A stretch of 64,000 nucleotides of DNA from Scenedesmus sp. PABB004 (taxonomy: Eukaryota), in the NCBI GenBank assembly GCA_014905635.1, contig JABVCE010000002.1:1922001-1986000 (forward strand), given 5' to 3'. The first letter of the stretch is position 1; each line of letters opens with the position of its first letter. A model generated the notes under the pieces. That model had not been told where the DNA came from. It did not search any database and worked only from the letters and a program-made list of their open reading frames with translations. Positions 23,814 to 35,436 of the stretch are shown piece by piece. The position numbers were made by a program, and so were the translations under genes.

Positions 23814-24580
23814 CAGGAGCAGCTGGCCCCGGCGCCGCCCGACACAAGCACCTTGTCGGCCAAGGCCCTCGCGCGGCTGCAGCGCCGCACGGCGGCCATG
23901 GCGGCGCGCGGCCAGGCGGTGCCCGCCGCGGAGCTCAGGTGGGCCCGTGGCACAGCGCTCCCCGCCGCTCAGCGCCCTGCCCGCTCCCGCCCCTCGCCCC
24001 AACACCTGTCCGGCGCCGCAGGTCGTACGGGCTGCTGGCCCCGCCGCGGAGCGGCGGCTTCCCGCCCGAGTCGTTTGACGCTGTGCTGCTGGACGCACCC
24101 TGCTCCGCGCTGGGCCTGCGCCCGCGCCTGGCGAGCCACCACACGCTGGCGCAGCTGCTGGAGACGGCGCATTATCAGCGCGCCCTGCTCGCGGCCGCGG
24201 TGCGGCTGCTGCGGCCCGGCGGCACGCTGGTCTACAGCACCTGCACGATCAGCCCAGCAGAGAACGAGTGGAACGTGCGGCACGCGCTCGACGCGCACCC
24301 CTGCCTGCAGCTGGCGCCCGCCGAGCCGCGCCTGGGCGGGCCCGGGCTGACGCGCGCCGCCGACGACGCCGACCTCGCGGCCGCGCTGGCTGGCGCGCCC
24401 CCGGCGGCGGCGGCGGCGCTGGGCCTCGGCGGCGGCGGCGGCGGCGGTGGCGGAGGCGGGCTGTGGCTGACCGAGGCCGAGGCGGCAATGGTGCAGCGCT
24501 TTGACCCGGGGGGCCCGGACGACACCATCGGCTTCTTCGTGGCGCGGTTTGTCAAGACGCGCCCCTGCGCGCCGCGGTGA
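22246..24580 (+). CDS. NSUN6: NSUN6-like RNA m5C methyltransferase (PUA + RsmB/NOP2 domain); multi-exon, two apparent frame slips
   Basis: CLRVNTL, PUA AEAVLRGAHVFVPGVL, VLDMCAAPG|GK, FDAVLLDAPCSALGLRP, LVYSTCTISPAENE and DTIGFFVARF. Confidence 0.92.
23720..23822 (+). repeat. (CAG)n/(CAGGAG)n coding microsatellite (poly-Q/QE tract) in NSUN6
   Basis: Directly visible caggagcaggag run. Confidence 0.9.
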
Positions 24581-24643
24581 CGTCAGCGGCCGGCGTGTTG
24601 CACGGCAGCGCCGGTAATCCCCAGTGGTGATCAAGCCCCGCGC

Positions 24644-25194
24644 TCAGTACGAGTCGAGCAGCCGCTGGTCGGCGATGGAGCGCCGCCCAAACTCGTGCTG
24701 CCGCGGCACCGCATAGCAGAGGTGGTCGTCGTGCAGCCAGGCGTGCGCGTCGGCGAGGCCCCGCAGTCCGCGCGCGACGCCGCGCCAGTGCTCGCGGCTG
24801 GCCGCCTCCTTGTGCCGCCGCGCCTCCGCGACGTGCTCGTCAAACACGCCCTCGTCGCTGGCGGACAGGAAGGCCAGCGAGAAGCTGCGCGGGCCGGGGC
24901 GGGGCGGGGCGGCGCGGCGCCGTCACGCGCCGGGGCCCGAGGCGGGGGGCCGAGTGGCAAGCGCCGCCGGCGCTGCCGCCGCCGCACCCTGCGCCGTCGC
25001 CCCGGCGGCGAGTCGGCAGAGGTCGGCGAAGAGCGCGGCGGAGCGGGGCATGTGGAACGCGCTCGTGACGACCGCGAGGCGCCGCCAGCCCGCGGGCAGC
25101 GCGTGGATGGCCAGGCCAAAGTAGGCGTTGCCGACGGTGTCAAAGCTCGAAGCCTCCTGCGCGCAGTCACGCACGTGGTGCACGCGCGGCGGCC

Positions 25195-25226
<32 letters not shown>

Positions 25227-26116
25227 GCGGGTGGGCGGGCGAGGCCGTGCGGGGCTGGCCGGCAGCGTGCGGGGGCCCGGCCGCCGCGCCTTGAGTATGT
25301 CGGCCGCCTCCACGCCGGTGGCGATGAGGTAGTTGGCGCAGCTGGTTGACTCGTGGAGCACGTGGCCCGTCGGGCCCAGCACCGCGGGCTTGTGCGGCGT
25401 GCCGCCACCTGCGCGCGCGCGGGCGGCCGCGGGCGGCGCTCGCGCGGGCGGCGCGGCGGCCGCGGGCGGCGGCGCCGCGGCGGCCGCACCCAGGCACACG
25501 ATGGGCGGCCGGCGGCCGTGAAGCAGATGCAGGTCGCGCGCCACGTCCAGGCGGCGGTGCACCCACTCGGGCAGCCCGCCGTCGGGCGTGAGGCCGCCAG
25601 CCAGCACCATGATGGCATCCAGCTCCAGGCCAGCCAGCGCGTCTGACGGGAGCGGCCCGAGCTCCTCGTCCGTCGTGTCTGGGCTGCTCGCCGCGCCGCC
25701 GCCGCCCGCGGCGTCGTTGGCGCCGCCCCCGCGGCCGCCGCGGGCCAGGCCTGCGCCTCGCAGAGCCAGGCGATCTGGGGGTGCAGCGAGCCCTGCCCGC
25801 CGCCGGCGCGGGGCGCGGCGCTGCAGCAGCGCACGCCCGCGCTCGGCTGCGCGGGGCGGGGCTGGCCGCCGGCGCCGGCGGCGCGGTGGCGCGTCCGCGC
25901 TGCCGCTGCGGTCACGCGCCAGCTCGTCGCCGCGCGGCTGCGGGCGGCAGCGGCGCGCACGACGCCCGCCGCCGCTGGCGTGTCGAGGCGGGCCAGCGCG
26001 CGTGCCGCGCGGGCCTGCGGCAGGCAGGGCGCGCGAGCGGCAGCGGTGAGCGTAGAACACGTCAGTGGCTGCTGCTCAGTGATGGCCGGCCCACCCACCA
26101 GCGGCGCCGCTCTCAT
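24644..26116 (-). CDS. DUF218 (YdcF/ElyC/SanA-like) family protein; multi-exon, start uncertain
   Basis: DAIMVLAGG..RRLDVA, IVCLG|GG, HESTSCANYL..GV..DILK|EASSFDTVGNAYF and VVTSAFHMPRS. Confidence 0.85.
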
Positions 26117-26146
26117 CGCGCACGGGACGTTCGGGCGGTGCTCCCG

Positions 26147-26547
26147 CCGCCGCTCCGCGCGCCGCTCGCCGGAGCTCGCGCCCTTGTGCCCACAGACCCA
26201 GAGCAGGTGCAGGTGCCAGGATCCGCGGCTGCGCGCTCCCGGGCTGGGGCAGAGGGCTGGCGCCGGCGCGAGCAGCCGCAGCAGACGCGTGCGGCGGTGT
26301 GCCGGCTGCGGGGGCGCGCTGGGGCGAGCTGCCACGTGCGCGTGCGGGCGGTGTGCGCGCAGACGGCGAGCGCGCCGCGACAGGGCGTTGCTCGCGGCTG
26401 GGCAGGCGGGCGGCCGGCTGACGCGCCCCGCCCGCTGCCGCCACCGCTCTCGCTCGCGCGCTGGCTGAACGGCGCGGGGGCTGCTCTCGGCGTCGCTGCC
26501 AGCTGCACCGGCACCAGCACCGAGCTCACGGCCGCCGGCGGCGGCGG
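26147..26547. repeat. Copy 2 of the ~390-bp direct repeat, upstream of the DUF218 gene
   Basis: Matches 21795-22186 with small indels and substitutions. Confidence 0.95.
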
Positions 26548-27342
26548 AGCGCGCGCGCGCTGGCCGCTAGTCACCGGCGCGTCGCCGCTCCGGTTACCAG
26601 GCGCCGGTCCGTTGTCGTCAGTCGTTGGTCAGCTCAAGCCAAGGAGCCGCCCAGTCGCACGCCGCCGGCAGTGAGGCGCGCACGCTGCGGTCGGGCCGTC
26701 AAGCGCTCTGCGCAGCCCAGCAGAGTGAGTGTGCGTGGACGAGCTGGCGCGCGCGCTCGCTGCACGCGCCCCGAGCGCCAGGGCATCGGCGGCCGTGGGG
26801 AGCGCGCGCCGCCGGCCAGGTGCACAGGCGGGGGGTGCCGTCGCCGTGCAAGCATCACTGGCGCCAAAAGGAAAGCAGCTGGTGTGTGCTTTTTTGTAAA
26901 AGGTAAGCATGGGGGGTCAAAGAGTAGGTCAGGTGTGCAGGTCAGTCAGAGGTGTCAAGGGTCAAAGGTCAGAGCAGCGAGCAGACGCGACAGAGAGAGA
27001 AAGAGGCGCCTCAAGAAACCCCAAAGCGGCTCCAGCCGTCGGCAAGCCCGCGGCCGTGGCCGCCGCGTGATAGCTCGGCCACCCGCGCGCGCGCGCGCGC
27101 GCGTCCATCCTGCGGTCCATCACCAGCAGTGCACTCGTTCTCGGCCGCTCGTGCAGCCCCGTGTGGTTTATGCGAACTCAGGCGCTCCGCCCCCGGTGCG
27201 CCAGCGGGGGGCGCAGCCTCTCACCGCTCGTGCAAGGCTGGGCCCGGCTCGGGCCCTGCTGCCGCTGCTGGAACAGTTCCGCTAATGCCGCGGCGCGCTC
27301 TGGCTGCCGGCGGCGCCGCCGCGCACTGCGCCGCCGCGCGGC

Positions 27343-29281
27343 TCACGCGGCCTTGGCCCTGGGCCGGCGCGCCGGCGCCGGCGCGGGCGCCGGCTCCGCA
27401 ACCGGCACGCGGCGCTTGGCGGCCTTGGCCTTCTCAGACGGCACCTGGACGTCCCACACGATGCCCAGGGCCTGGAGGGCGAGGATGAGGTAATAGGTGG
27501 GGTCAATCTCAGACGGCTCCAGGCCGTGCCGCGCGCTGTACTGGAAGGCGTGGTGGCTGCACGGGGCGGGGCGCGGCGGCGGCCGGGTCAGGCGCGGCGG
27601 GCCGGACACGCCCCGGCGGCGGTGCCTCGCGCGGGCGCCGCGCACGGGCGCGCCGCGCGCCGCTCACTTGTTGTGCCACCCCTCGCCGAACGAGACGGCG
27701 GCGACCCACCTGCGCGGGCGCGGCGCGCGGGTCGGCCGGGCGCGCGCAGCCGCCGCGGGCCACAGCCAGCTGTGCGGCCTGCCCGCGTCGCGCCGCGGCG
27801 CGCACCAGCAGTTGGTCGAGAGGTCGCCGGTGTCGTAGTCGCGGCGGCCGTAGACGTGCGCGGCGCTGTTGACGAGGAAGGTGCTGTGCCAGCCGCAGAC
27901 CATGGGCACCGCGATCGTCCACGCGACCGCCTCGAGGCCGCCGAGGTACTTGTAGGTCAGCCAGGGCTTGATGATGAAGAGCCAGGGGAAGAAGGAGACC
28001 TCACAGAACCTGGCCGGCCGCGGCGGCGGCGGCGGCGGCGGCGGCACGGCACGGCGCGGCGCTCAGCGCGGAGCGAGGCGTGGTGCAGCGCTGGCGCGGC
28101 GCGGCGGCGCGGCGCTGGCGTGGGGCGCCTGGGCGGCGCGGCGGCGGGCGGAGCGCGGCCGCTCACTTGTAGAAGACCTGGTTCTTGAGGTCGGGCACGT
28201 TGGCATAGTCGAGCATCGACGCCTCGGTGCTGAACAGCCAGGTGAAGTGCGACCACCAGAAGCCCTCGTACGGCTGCGCGCATACGCGCGGGCGCGGAGG
28301 GCGCGTCGTCGGGCGGGCCCGCGTTGCGGCGCGGCGCAGGCGCGGCGCGGCTGAGGCACGGCGAGGCGTGGCGCGGCGCGGGCGCGGCGTGCCGTGCGGG
28401 CGCGGCGTGCCGTGCAGCGCACCGAGTGCGGGTCGAGGGGCGTGTCGCAGTGGAGGTGGTGGTAGCGGTGCGTGGACACCCCTGCGCGGCGGGCGGGGCG
28501 GGGCGGCGCGCGCGCGCGGTGGGCGCCAGCGCCGACGCGTCCGCCCCGCCCGCCGCCCGCCGCGCCGTCGGCCGACCCCCCGGCCGCCGCGCGCCGCGCC
28601 GCGCGCTCACACTCGATCGGGTCGCCCTGCCCCGCCTGGCAGCCGAGCCAGGCGCAGGCGTACTCAAACCACTTGGCGCACTTGAACGACCGGTGCGTGA
28701 GCATGCGATGGTAGCAGAGCGTGATGCCAAAGATGCCTGGGACCGTGTAGATGACCCACGCGAGCGCCGCGTTGCGCCACGAGAAGCACCTGAGCCGCGG
28801 TCGCGCGTGGCGCGGCCCGGCGGAGCGGCGGCGGAGCGGCGGGCGTGGGCCGCCGCCGGCGCACGGGTGCCGCCGCCCCGAGCCGCCGCCGCCGCCCCTG
28901 CCGCCGCCAGTTCCTGCGGCCGCCGGCCCCGCCGCCGCGGCGCCGCGCGGCTCGCCTGGGCGCGACAAAGAAGGCGATGGCGTGCATGGCGACCATGACG
29001 GCGAGGCGCATCGCGCAGGTGACGCCGTTCTTCACCACCGCGCCGCGCTTGGGGATCTCCTTGGTCTCCAGGTTGAGCAGCGGCCGCGCCTCGGACCGCG
29101 CCCAGATGTCGGCGCCGAGCAGCTTGTGCGCGCCCGGCACGGCCGCCTGCGCGGCGCGGCTGGGCTTGGCGTGCGCGGTCGAGAGGAGGTCGTAGTCCTT
29201 GGCGCCCTTGAGCCGCGCAAACTGCTCCGCGTACGACGGCGCCGCCGCGGCCTCGCCGTCGGCGCTGCGCGTAACCGCCAT
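27343..29281 (-). CDS. Acyl-lipid desaturase of the ADS/FAD5 (delta-9/delta-7) family; 6 introns
   Basis: His boxes GITLCYHRMLTHRSF, STHRYHH..DPHS|PYEGFWWSH and GEGWHN|NHHAF..SARHGL; also VNSAAH. Confidence 0.93.
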
Positions 29282-30106
29282 GGCGCCGGCCTGTGCGCGG
29301 GGCGGCGACGGCGGCGGCGGCGGCGCGCGGGGCGGCGGCGGCGCGCGGGGCGGGGCGGCGCGCGGTGAGCGGGTGCTCACCACCCGCTGCTCGCGCCCCG
29401 GGTGACGCGCGGCGGCGGCGGCAGCCCCCGCGCGGGGGCACTCGGCGGCTGCCGCCCAGGCGGCGCGCAACCGCGGGGGAGGGCCTGGGATGCGCGCGGG
29501 GCTGCGGGGAGCCGGCCGGCGGGCCGGGCCGCGCCCAGGAGCCCCGCCGCGCGGGCCGCGCCGGCGCGACGAGCGCCACACACCTCGGGGCGTGCGCTGC
29601 GTGTGGAGCTGGCGCCTGGGAGGCGCTGGGGCCTGGGCGCTGGCGGGCGCTGCACCTCGGTCTGCGCGGCCTGGCTGCGCGTCGAACGGGCGCGTAGCGA
29701 GTCGCGAGAGCGTGGGCTAGTGCTGGCCGAGCTCCTCGCGGGGCGGCGGAGCGCGGGCTGGCTTCCGGCAGCGCGAGCGACGCGCGCAACGACTCGAGGC
29801 GCCGTGGGCACTCGCGCCTCTCCTCGACGGTCGGGTCGGACAGGTCGCAGGCCGCACGATGCGTCGCGCGCCCGGCCGGCGTGCGCGGCTCGGCAGGCGG
29901 CGGCGGCGGGGCGCGCGCAGCGCGACGAGCAGCTGCTGGCGTGAGCTCGAGCGCGTACTGCCTGCTGCCGCTGCGAGTGAGAGGTGCTGGACGCGCAAAT
30001 TTTCAAGACTCTGGCGGGCCCGCAGCCGCACGGCGCTGCCGAGCGCTGCGCGCGCCGCCGCCGCGGCCGGCCGCCCAGCCCGACGGCGGGCGCTCGGGCG
30101 CGGGCG

Positions 30107-30149
30107 GGGTGATTGGGCAGGCCGCGGGCTGGGTGATTGGGCAGGCCGC
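30107..30149 (-). promoter_or_regulatory. Tandem CCAATCA boxes in a duplicated 19-mer between the divergent desaturase and CNX2 genes
   Basis: gggtgattgggcaggccgc occurs at 30107-30125 and 30131-30149. Confidence 0.5.
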
Positions 30150-30495
30150 CGTGCCGGTGGGCAGGTGGGCTCGCCGCCGCCGACCGGGCACGTCAAGCGA
30201 TGACGCTTTCGGGCGGCGCCAGCTGCCCAGTGCTCGGCGCGTGCTCGGCGACCACAAGGGCGTCCTGTTGTGCAGTTCTGCCGGCGTTTGCTCGCCTGAC
30301 GGTTGAGAGAGGGCACGTGGCCCCTCGAGCCGAGGCCTCTGCGCAGCGCCCGCTGCCCGCGCCCCACTCCCCGGCCCACCCGCTGCTCCGCCTGCGCGCC
30401 TGTGCACACCCTCCCGCTCCCGCGCGGCGCGCCGCCAGCAGCAGCCGTGTGAGAGGACCTTTTTGCGGGGCAGCAGCACCAGCTCCGCCGGCGCC

Positions 30496-31171
30496 ATGCG
30501 CGCGGCAGCGGGCCGCCTGGCCTCGCGCCTGCTGCTCGCGGCCGAGCGGTGGCCGGGCAGCGGCGCCGGCGGCCGCGGCTCGGCGACGAGCGCTGCCGCG
30601 GCGTGCGCGCTCGCGCAGCCGGCGGCCGCGCAGCCGCCGCCGGAGCCGCTGGCGGACCTGGACTACAGCCGCCGGCTGCAGGAGATGCTCGCCTACGAGT
30701 CCGCGCGCGCGCAGCGGCAGCAGCGGCAGCAGCAGCCGCAGGAGCAGCAGCAGCACGGGAGCGCAGCGGCGCCCGCGCGGCAGCGGCAGCGGGAGCAGCA
30801 GCAGCAGCGGCAGGCGCAGCAGGGAGAGCAGCAGCAGCAGCAGTCAGCCCAGCAGCAGACGCAACAGCAGCCACCACCCCAGCAGCAGCAGCAGTCGGCG
30901 GCGCAGCGGCGCCCGCGCCGGCTGGACCTGGACGCCGTGCCCGCGTTCAGCCTGCCGCGGCGGCAGCAGCCCGCCCCCGCGCCGGCCAACCCGGGCAGCG
31001 CGCCCGCGGTCGACTGGCGCGCGGTCGTCGAGCACGTGCGGCGCAGCGGGCAGGCGGTGACCGGCGAGCGAATGCTCACCGACACGTTCAGGCGCGGGGC
31101 CGCCGCCGCCGCCCGCGCGCCGCGCCCGCAGGCCCCGCGCGCCCCGAGCGCGCGCGCGCGCCGCCGCCGCC

Positions 31172-31204
<33 letters not shown>

Positions 31205-32715
31205 GCCGCGCAGGCGGAAGCACACATACCTTCGCATCAGCCTCACCGAGCGCTGCAACCTGCGCTGCACGTACTGCATGCCCGCTGATGGCGTCGCGCT
31301 CACGCCGTCGCAGCAGCTGCTCACGCCGGCCGAGGTCGAGCGGCTGGTGAGCGCGCGCAGGCAGGCGCCCTCGGCCCCGCGGCGCTCCGCCCCGGTCCGC
31401 GCCCGCCCGCGCCCCGGCTCAGCGCGCCGCCGCCGCGGCCGCCGCGGCCGCGGGGCGCAGGCGGCGCTCTTTGTGCGCGCGGGCGTGACCAAGATCCGGC
31501 TGACCGGCGGCGAGCCGACCGTGCGGCGGGACCTGCTGGAGATTGTGCAGCGCCTCGACGGCCTGCGCCCGCTGGGGCTGCAGACCATCGCGCTCACGAG
31601 CAACGGCCTCACGCTCGGCAAGGCCCTGCCCGCGCTGCAGGCAGCGGGGCTCGACGCGCTGAACATCAGCCTCGACACGCTGCGCCCGGAGCGCTTCGAG
31701 GCGCTCACGCGCCGCCGCGGCCACGCCCGCGTGCTCGACACCATCCACACCGCCGTCGGCCTCGGCTACGACCCCGTCAAGGTGCGCGCAGCGCGGCACG
31801 CGCAGCACGCGCAGCACGCGCAGCAAATGCAGCACGCGCAGCACGCGCACCGCTCGGCGCCCTTGCGGCAACGCCCTGCCGCCGCCGCGGCCGCCGCGGC
31901 GCCAGGTCAACGTGGTGCTCATGCGGGGCGTGAACGACGACGAGGTCCCCGCCTTTGTCTCGCTCACCGCCGCCGCGCCGGTCAACGTGCGGTTCATCGA
32001 GTACATGCCCTTTGACGGCAACGTGTGGAGCACGGGCAAGATGGTGCCCTACCGCGAGCTCATGGCCGCGGTGCAGCAGAGGTGCGCGCTGTGCGCGCTG
32101 TGCGGCGCGCGGGGTGCTTGGCGCGCGCGGCCGCCGCGCAGCGCGCCGACCACCCCGCCCGCCGCCGCCGCCGCCGCCGCCGGCGCAGCTTCCCCGCCGG
32201 CCTGGAGCGCCTGCCCGCCCCCGCGGGCGAGGTGGCCAAGAACTTCCGGGTCCCGGGGTTCAGGGGCAGCGTGAGCTTCATTACCAGCATGACGCACGCG
32301 TTCTGCGGCGACTGCAACCGCCTGCGCCTGCTCGCAGACGGCGCGCTCAAGGTGGGCCCAGGGCGGGGGCGGGGGCGGGGCGCGGGGCGGGGCTGCCGCG
32401 GCCGCTGCCGCTGCCGCCGCGCCGCGCGCAAGGGCCCAGCTGAGAGGGGGGGGAGCGGGGCGGGGCGCGGCCGCCGCCGCGGGGCCCCCGGCGGCCCACG
32501 CACCCCGCCCACGCGCTGCGCTGCGCCGCGCGCCGCAGGTGTGCCTCTTTGGCGCGAACGAGGTCTCCCTGCGCGACGCGCTGCGCGGCGGCGCGAGCGA
32601 CGGCGAGCTCGGCGCCGTCGTCGCGGCGGCGGTGGCCAACAAGAAGGCGGCGCACGCCGGCATGGAGGTGCTTGCGGTCACGCAGAACCGCCCCATGGTC
32701 GCGATCGGCGGCTGA
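30496..32715 (+). CDS. CNX2: GTP 3',8-cyclase (molybdenum cofactor biosynthesis; radical SAM), with a mitochondrial-type presequence; 5 introns
   Basis: LTDTFR|RKHTYLRISLTERCNLRCTYCMP, KIRLTGGEP, VRFIEYMPFDGN, FCGDCNRLRL and the C-terminal MVAIGG di-Gly. Confidence 0.96.
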
Positions 32716-33135
32716 GCTCACGCGAGCGCGCGGGGACGGCGCGGCGACAGCGGCGAATTGCCGCCTGCCAGGGGGTCCGGGGCGTGCGCGCGGGCCAGTA
32801 CCTAGGTGCGCCGTGTGGGCGGCGGTTTTGCGGCCGGGGGACTGTGACGTACCGGCAACTGCAGCGGCGGCGATTGCCGCGGGCGGGAGAGGGGTCGCGC
32901 GCATGTAAGACCCAGTGTCGCCATCACACGCGCGCGCGGGCCGGCCGCCCGGTGCGGCACGCGGCGGCAAAGAAGAATCCCCCCGAGTGCCCTGCCACGC
33001 ACGCACGCAGGATAGCACAGCACAGCACAGGCCATGCGCACGCGGAGCACGCGCCAATCACGCCCCCTGCCTAGGTTCGTCGCCCCCGCCTGTCTTTCTA
33101 GGCCCAGCCCTCGGGCGACGCGGTCGGCCGGCGCG

Positions 33136-33632
33136 TCACGGCCGCTCCGGCAGCCACGCGGGCCGGATGTCGCGCCGAGCGGCGAGCGGGAAGTGAACGC
33201 CCTGCGGCACCACGGGGGCAGCGAGGCGGACGATGCCGGGCAGCTGCGCGGGCGGGCGGGCAGGCGGGCGGTGGCGCGTGGGGCGGCCGCAGCACACAGC
33301 AGGCCGTGCAGCGCAGCGCAGCGGCCGGCCCCGCCCGGCGCGGCGCACCAGCACGTCCGGCAGGTGCCCCAGGTGCGCGGCTTCCCGGGCGCCGCCGGCG
33401 CCGGCCCGCTGCAGCCGGTGGTGGCACAGCAGCAGCGCGCGCGCGGCGGCCTTGAAGGCGCGGGGGAAGAGGGTGTGCGCCTCGCGCGTCCACTGCAGCT
33501 GCGGCAGCGCGCCCACAGTGACATCAATCACCGGCACGCCCGCCGGCACGCCCGCGAGCGCGCCGGCGCCGGGGCCGGGCAGGCCCGGCTGGCCCGCGCC
33601 CGCCGCCTGCAGCTGCTGCCCGCCGCCGCCGC

Positions 33633-33676
<44 letters not shown>

Positions 33677-33682
33677 GCCGCC

Positions 33683-33730
<48 letters not shown>

Positions 33731-34601
33731 TGCTGGGCCGCGTGCGCCTCCGCTGACGCGACGAACGCCTCGGCGCCGTTGAGCAGCAGGCGCGTGCAGG
33801 TGGCGAGCTCGCGGACGACCCAGGGGTGCGTGAAGTAGGTCGACTGCACCGACACCGCGCCCGGCTCGATGATCTCGTACGCCACCTGTGCACGCACGGC
33901 ACGGCGGGCGGGGCGTCGCCGCTGCGGCGTGCGCTGGCCTGGCGCCCGCGCGCTGCGCGCGCTGCGCGCGCCGTGCGTGCCTCGTGGCCGCTGTAGTTGA
34001 GCCACAGCATGCGCACGCGGTGCGGCGTGGCGTTGGTGGTGCGCATGAAGCAGAGTGCGCGGCTGCACTGCGCGCGCAGCCGGTGCTGCGGGCGCGGGCG
34101 GCGCGGGCGGCGTGGGCGCGGCTGGCGCGCGCGGCGGCGGCGCGCGCGGCTTGCACGTGCGGCGCCAGCGCGCGGCGCGCACCCGGGTCGGCGCGTGCAG
34201 CTGCGCCGCGCCGCCCGCGCCCTCCGCCGGCCACTGCACCCAGTCCGCCGCGTCGGCGTCTCGCTCCAGGAAGCGGTGGGGAAAGCCCGCCGCGGCTTCG
34301 AGGTCGGCCATCCACGGCTCACGGGGGTGCAGCGCGGGCGACGGCACCTCCGCCGCGGGCGACGGCACCTCCGCCGCGGCGCTCGAGCCGCTGCTGCCGG
34401 CGCCGTCGCCCGCTGGCGGCGCGCCGCGAGCCTGCGGCAGCGAGACGATCAGCGGCTCCCAGGGTGTGAGGCCACGCCTGGGCGGCGAGCCGGGCCGGCA
34501 GGGGCGCGCCGCCGCTGTGGCGCGCCCCTGCCACAGCGGCGGCGCGCCGTGCCCGTTCGCACCTCGCCGCCGTCGGTGGCGCGCCCGCTGCGGAGCCTCA
34601 T
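33136..34601 (-). CDS. VHL beta-domain protein; 4 introns
   Basis: FMRTTNATPHRVRMLWLNYSGHE|VAYEIIEPGAVSVQSTYFTHPWVVRE, then WTREAHTLFPRAFKAAARALLLCHHR..LPDVL|LPGIVRLAA. Exon 1 (MRLRSGRATDGGE) joins in phase 0. Confidence 0.8.
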
Positions 34602-35436
34602 GCTGTCGCCTGCAGGTGTGTCCGTCACGGGCGGAGGGGTCGGGAGCGGCCCGAGTGGGCTGGGCGGGAGCTGGGCTGAGCTCGGATGTGAGAGCGCGGC
34701 TTTGCGCGCCCCCGCACCTCGCCAGGCCGCGCGCCACAGCCAGGAGAAGCAGTAGCTCATTCCTCGATCGTCGCGGTCGCTGCCTGAGCTGGTGGTAGCA
34801 CCCGCGCCCGCCGGCGGCACGCCAGCGCCGTGAGGCGTGGCGGCTGGCCGCGGCGCCCAGCTCGCCGCAGCGCGAGCTGGCGCGCCTTTGGTGCTCCCGT
34901 GAGCTGCCTGGAGCTGGGCGCGGGGCTGAGGCGTTGTGAGGCCTGGCGCGCGGCGGTTCAAGCGCTCGCGACGACAGCCAGGCGGTGGGAACTCGTTACA
35001 GAGCGAGACGAAGCCCAGAGCGGGATCTGTACACGGGAGGAAGGGCCTCACAACGTTGGGAGGGCCAAGGGAAGACAAAAACCAATGGTGGTACACAGGC
35101 CAGTGCGGTGTGCAGAGTGGTGGCGACCGCACGCCGGCCGCGCGGCAGTGCCACGGCCGGCCGCCGTGCGGCGACATCGCCGCGCGCCCGCTGCACGCCC
35201 TCGGGGGCGTGGGTGGGGCGCGTGCCGCGCCGCCGCGGCGCGCGGGCCGGCCGCCAGTTGCGGGTGTGGGGTGAGCAGTGAGCAGTGAGCAGTGCGCGTC
35301 GACGCTGCGGCGGCGCAGCCGGCGCGGGCCGGCCGCGCGTCCCCCCGTCCCGCAACGCCTGCCCCGGGCGGGCCGCGGCTCAGCAGCAGCCTAGGCCGAG
35401 GTGCTCTCAACCCCTGAACTAACCCGCCCGCCGCGC

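Noticed and set aside
21795..26547. Direct repeats as the LTRs of a retroelement
   Set aside because: No TG..CA ends, PBS/PPT or gag-pol. The interior holds two intron-containing cellular genes.
26895..26912. Minus-strand CTTACCT resembling the U1 snRNA 5' end
   Set aside because: Only 7 nt match, and no U1 stem-loops or Sm site follow.
31795..31850. gcagcacgc 9-mer repeats (also gtgagca x3 at ~35271 and many GCC/CAG runs)
   Set aside because: Ordinary intronic or UTR simple repeats with no further structure.
13613..35396. Recurring CCTAGG palindromes in 3' intergenic regions (13613, 13679, 32800, 33069, 35389)
   Set aside because: The count is close to what base composition predicts for non-coding DNA, and TAG is simply depleted in exons.
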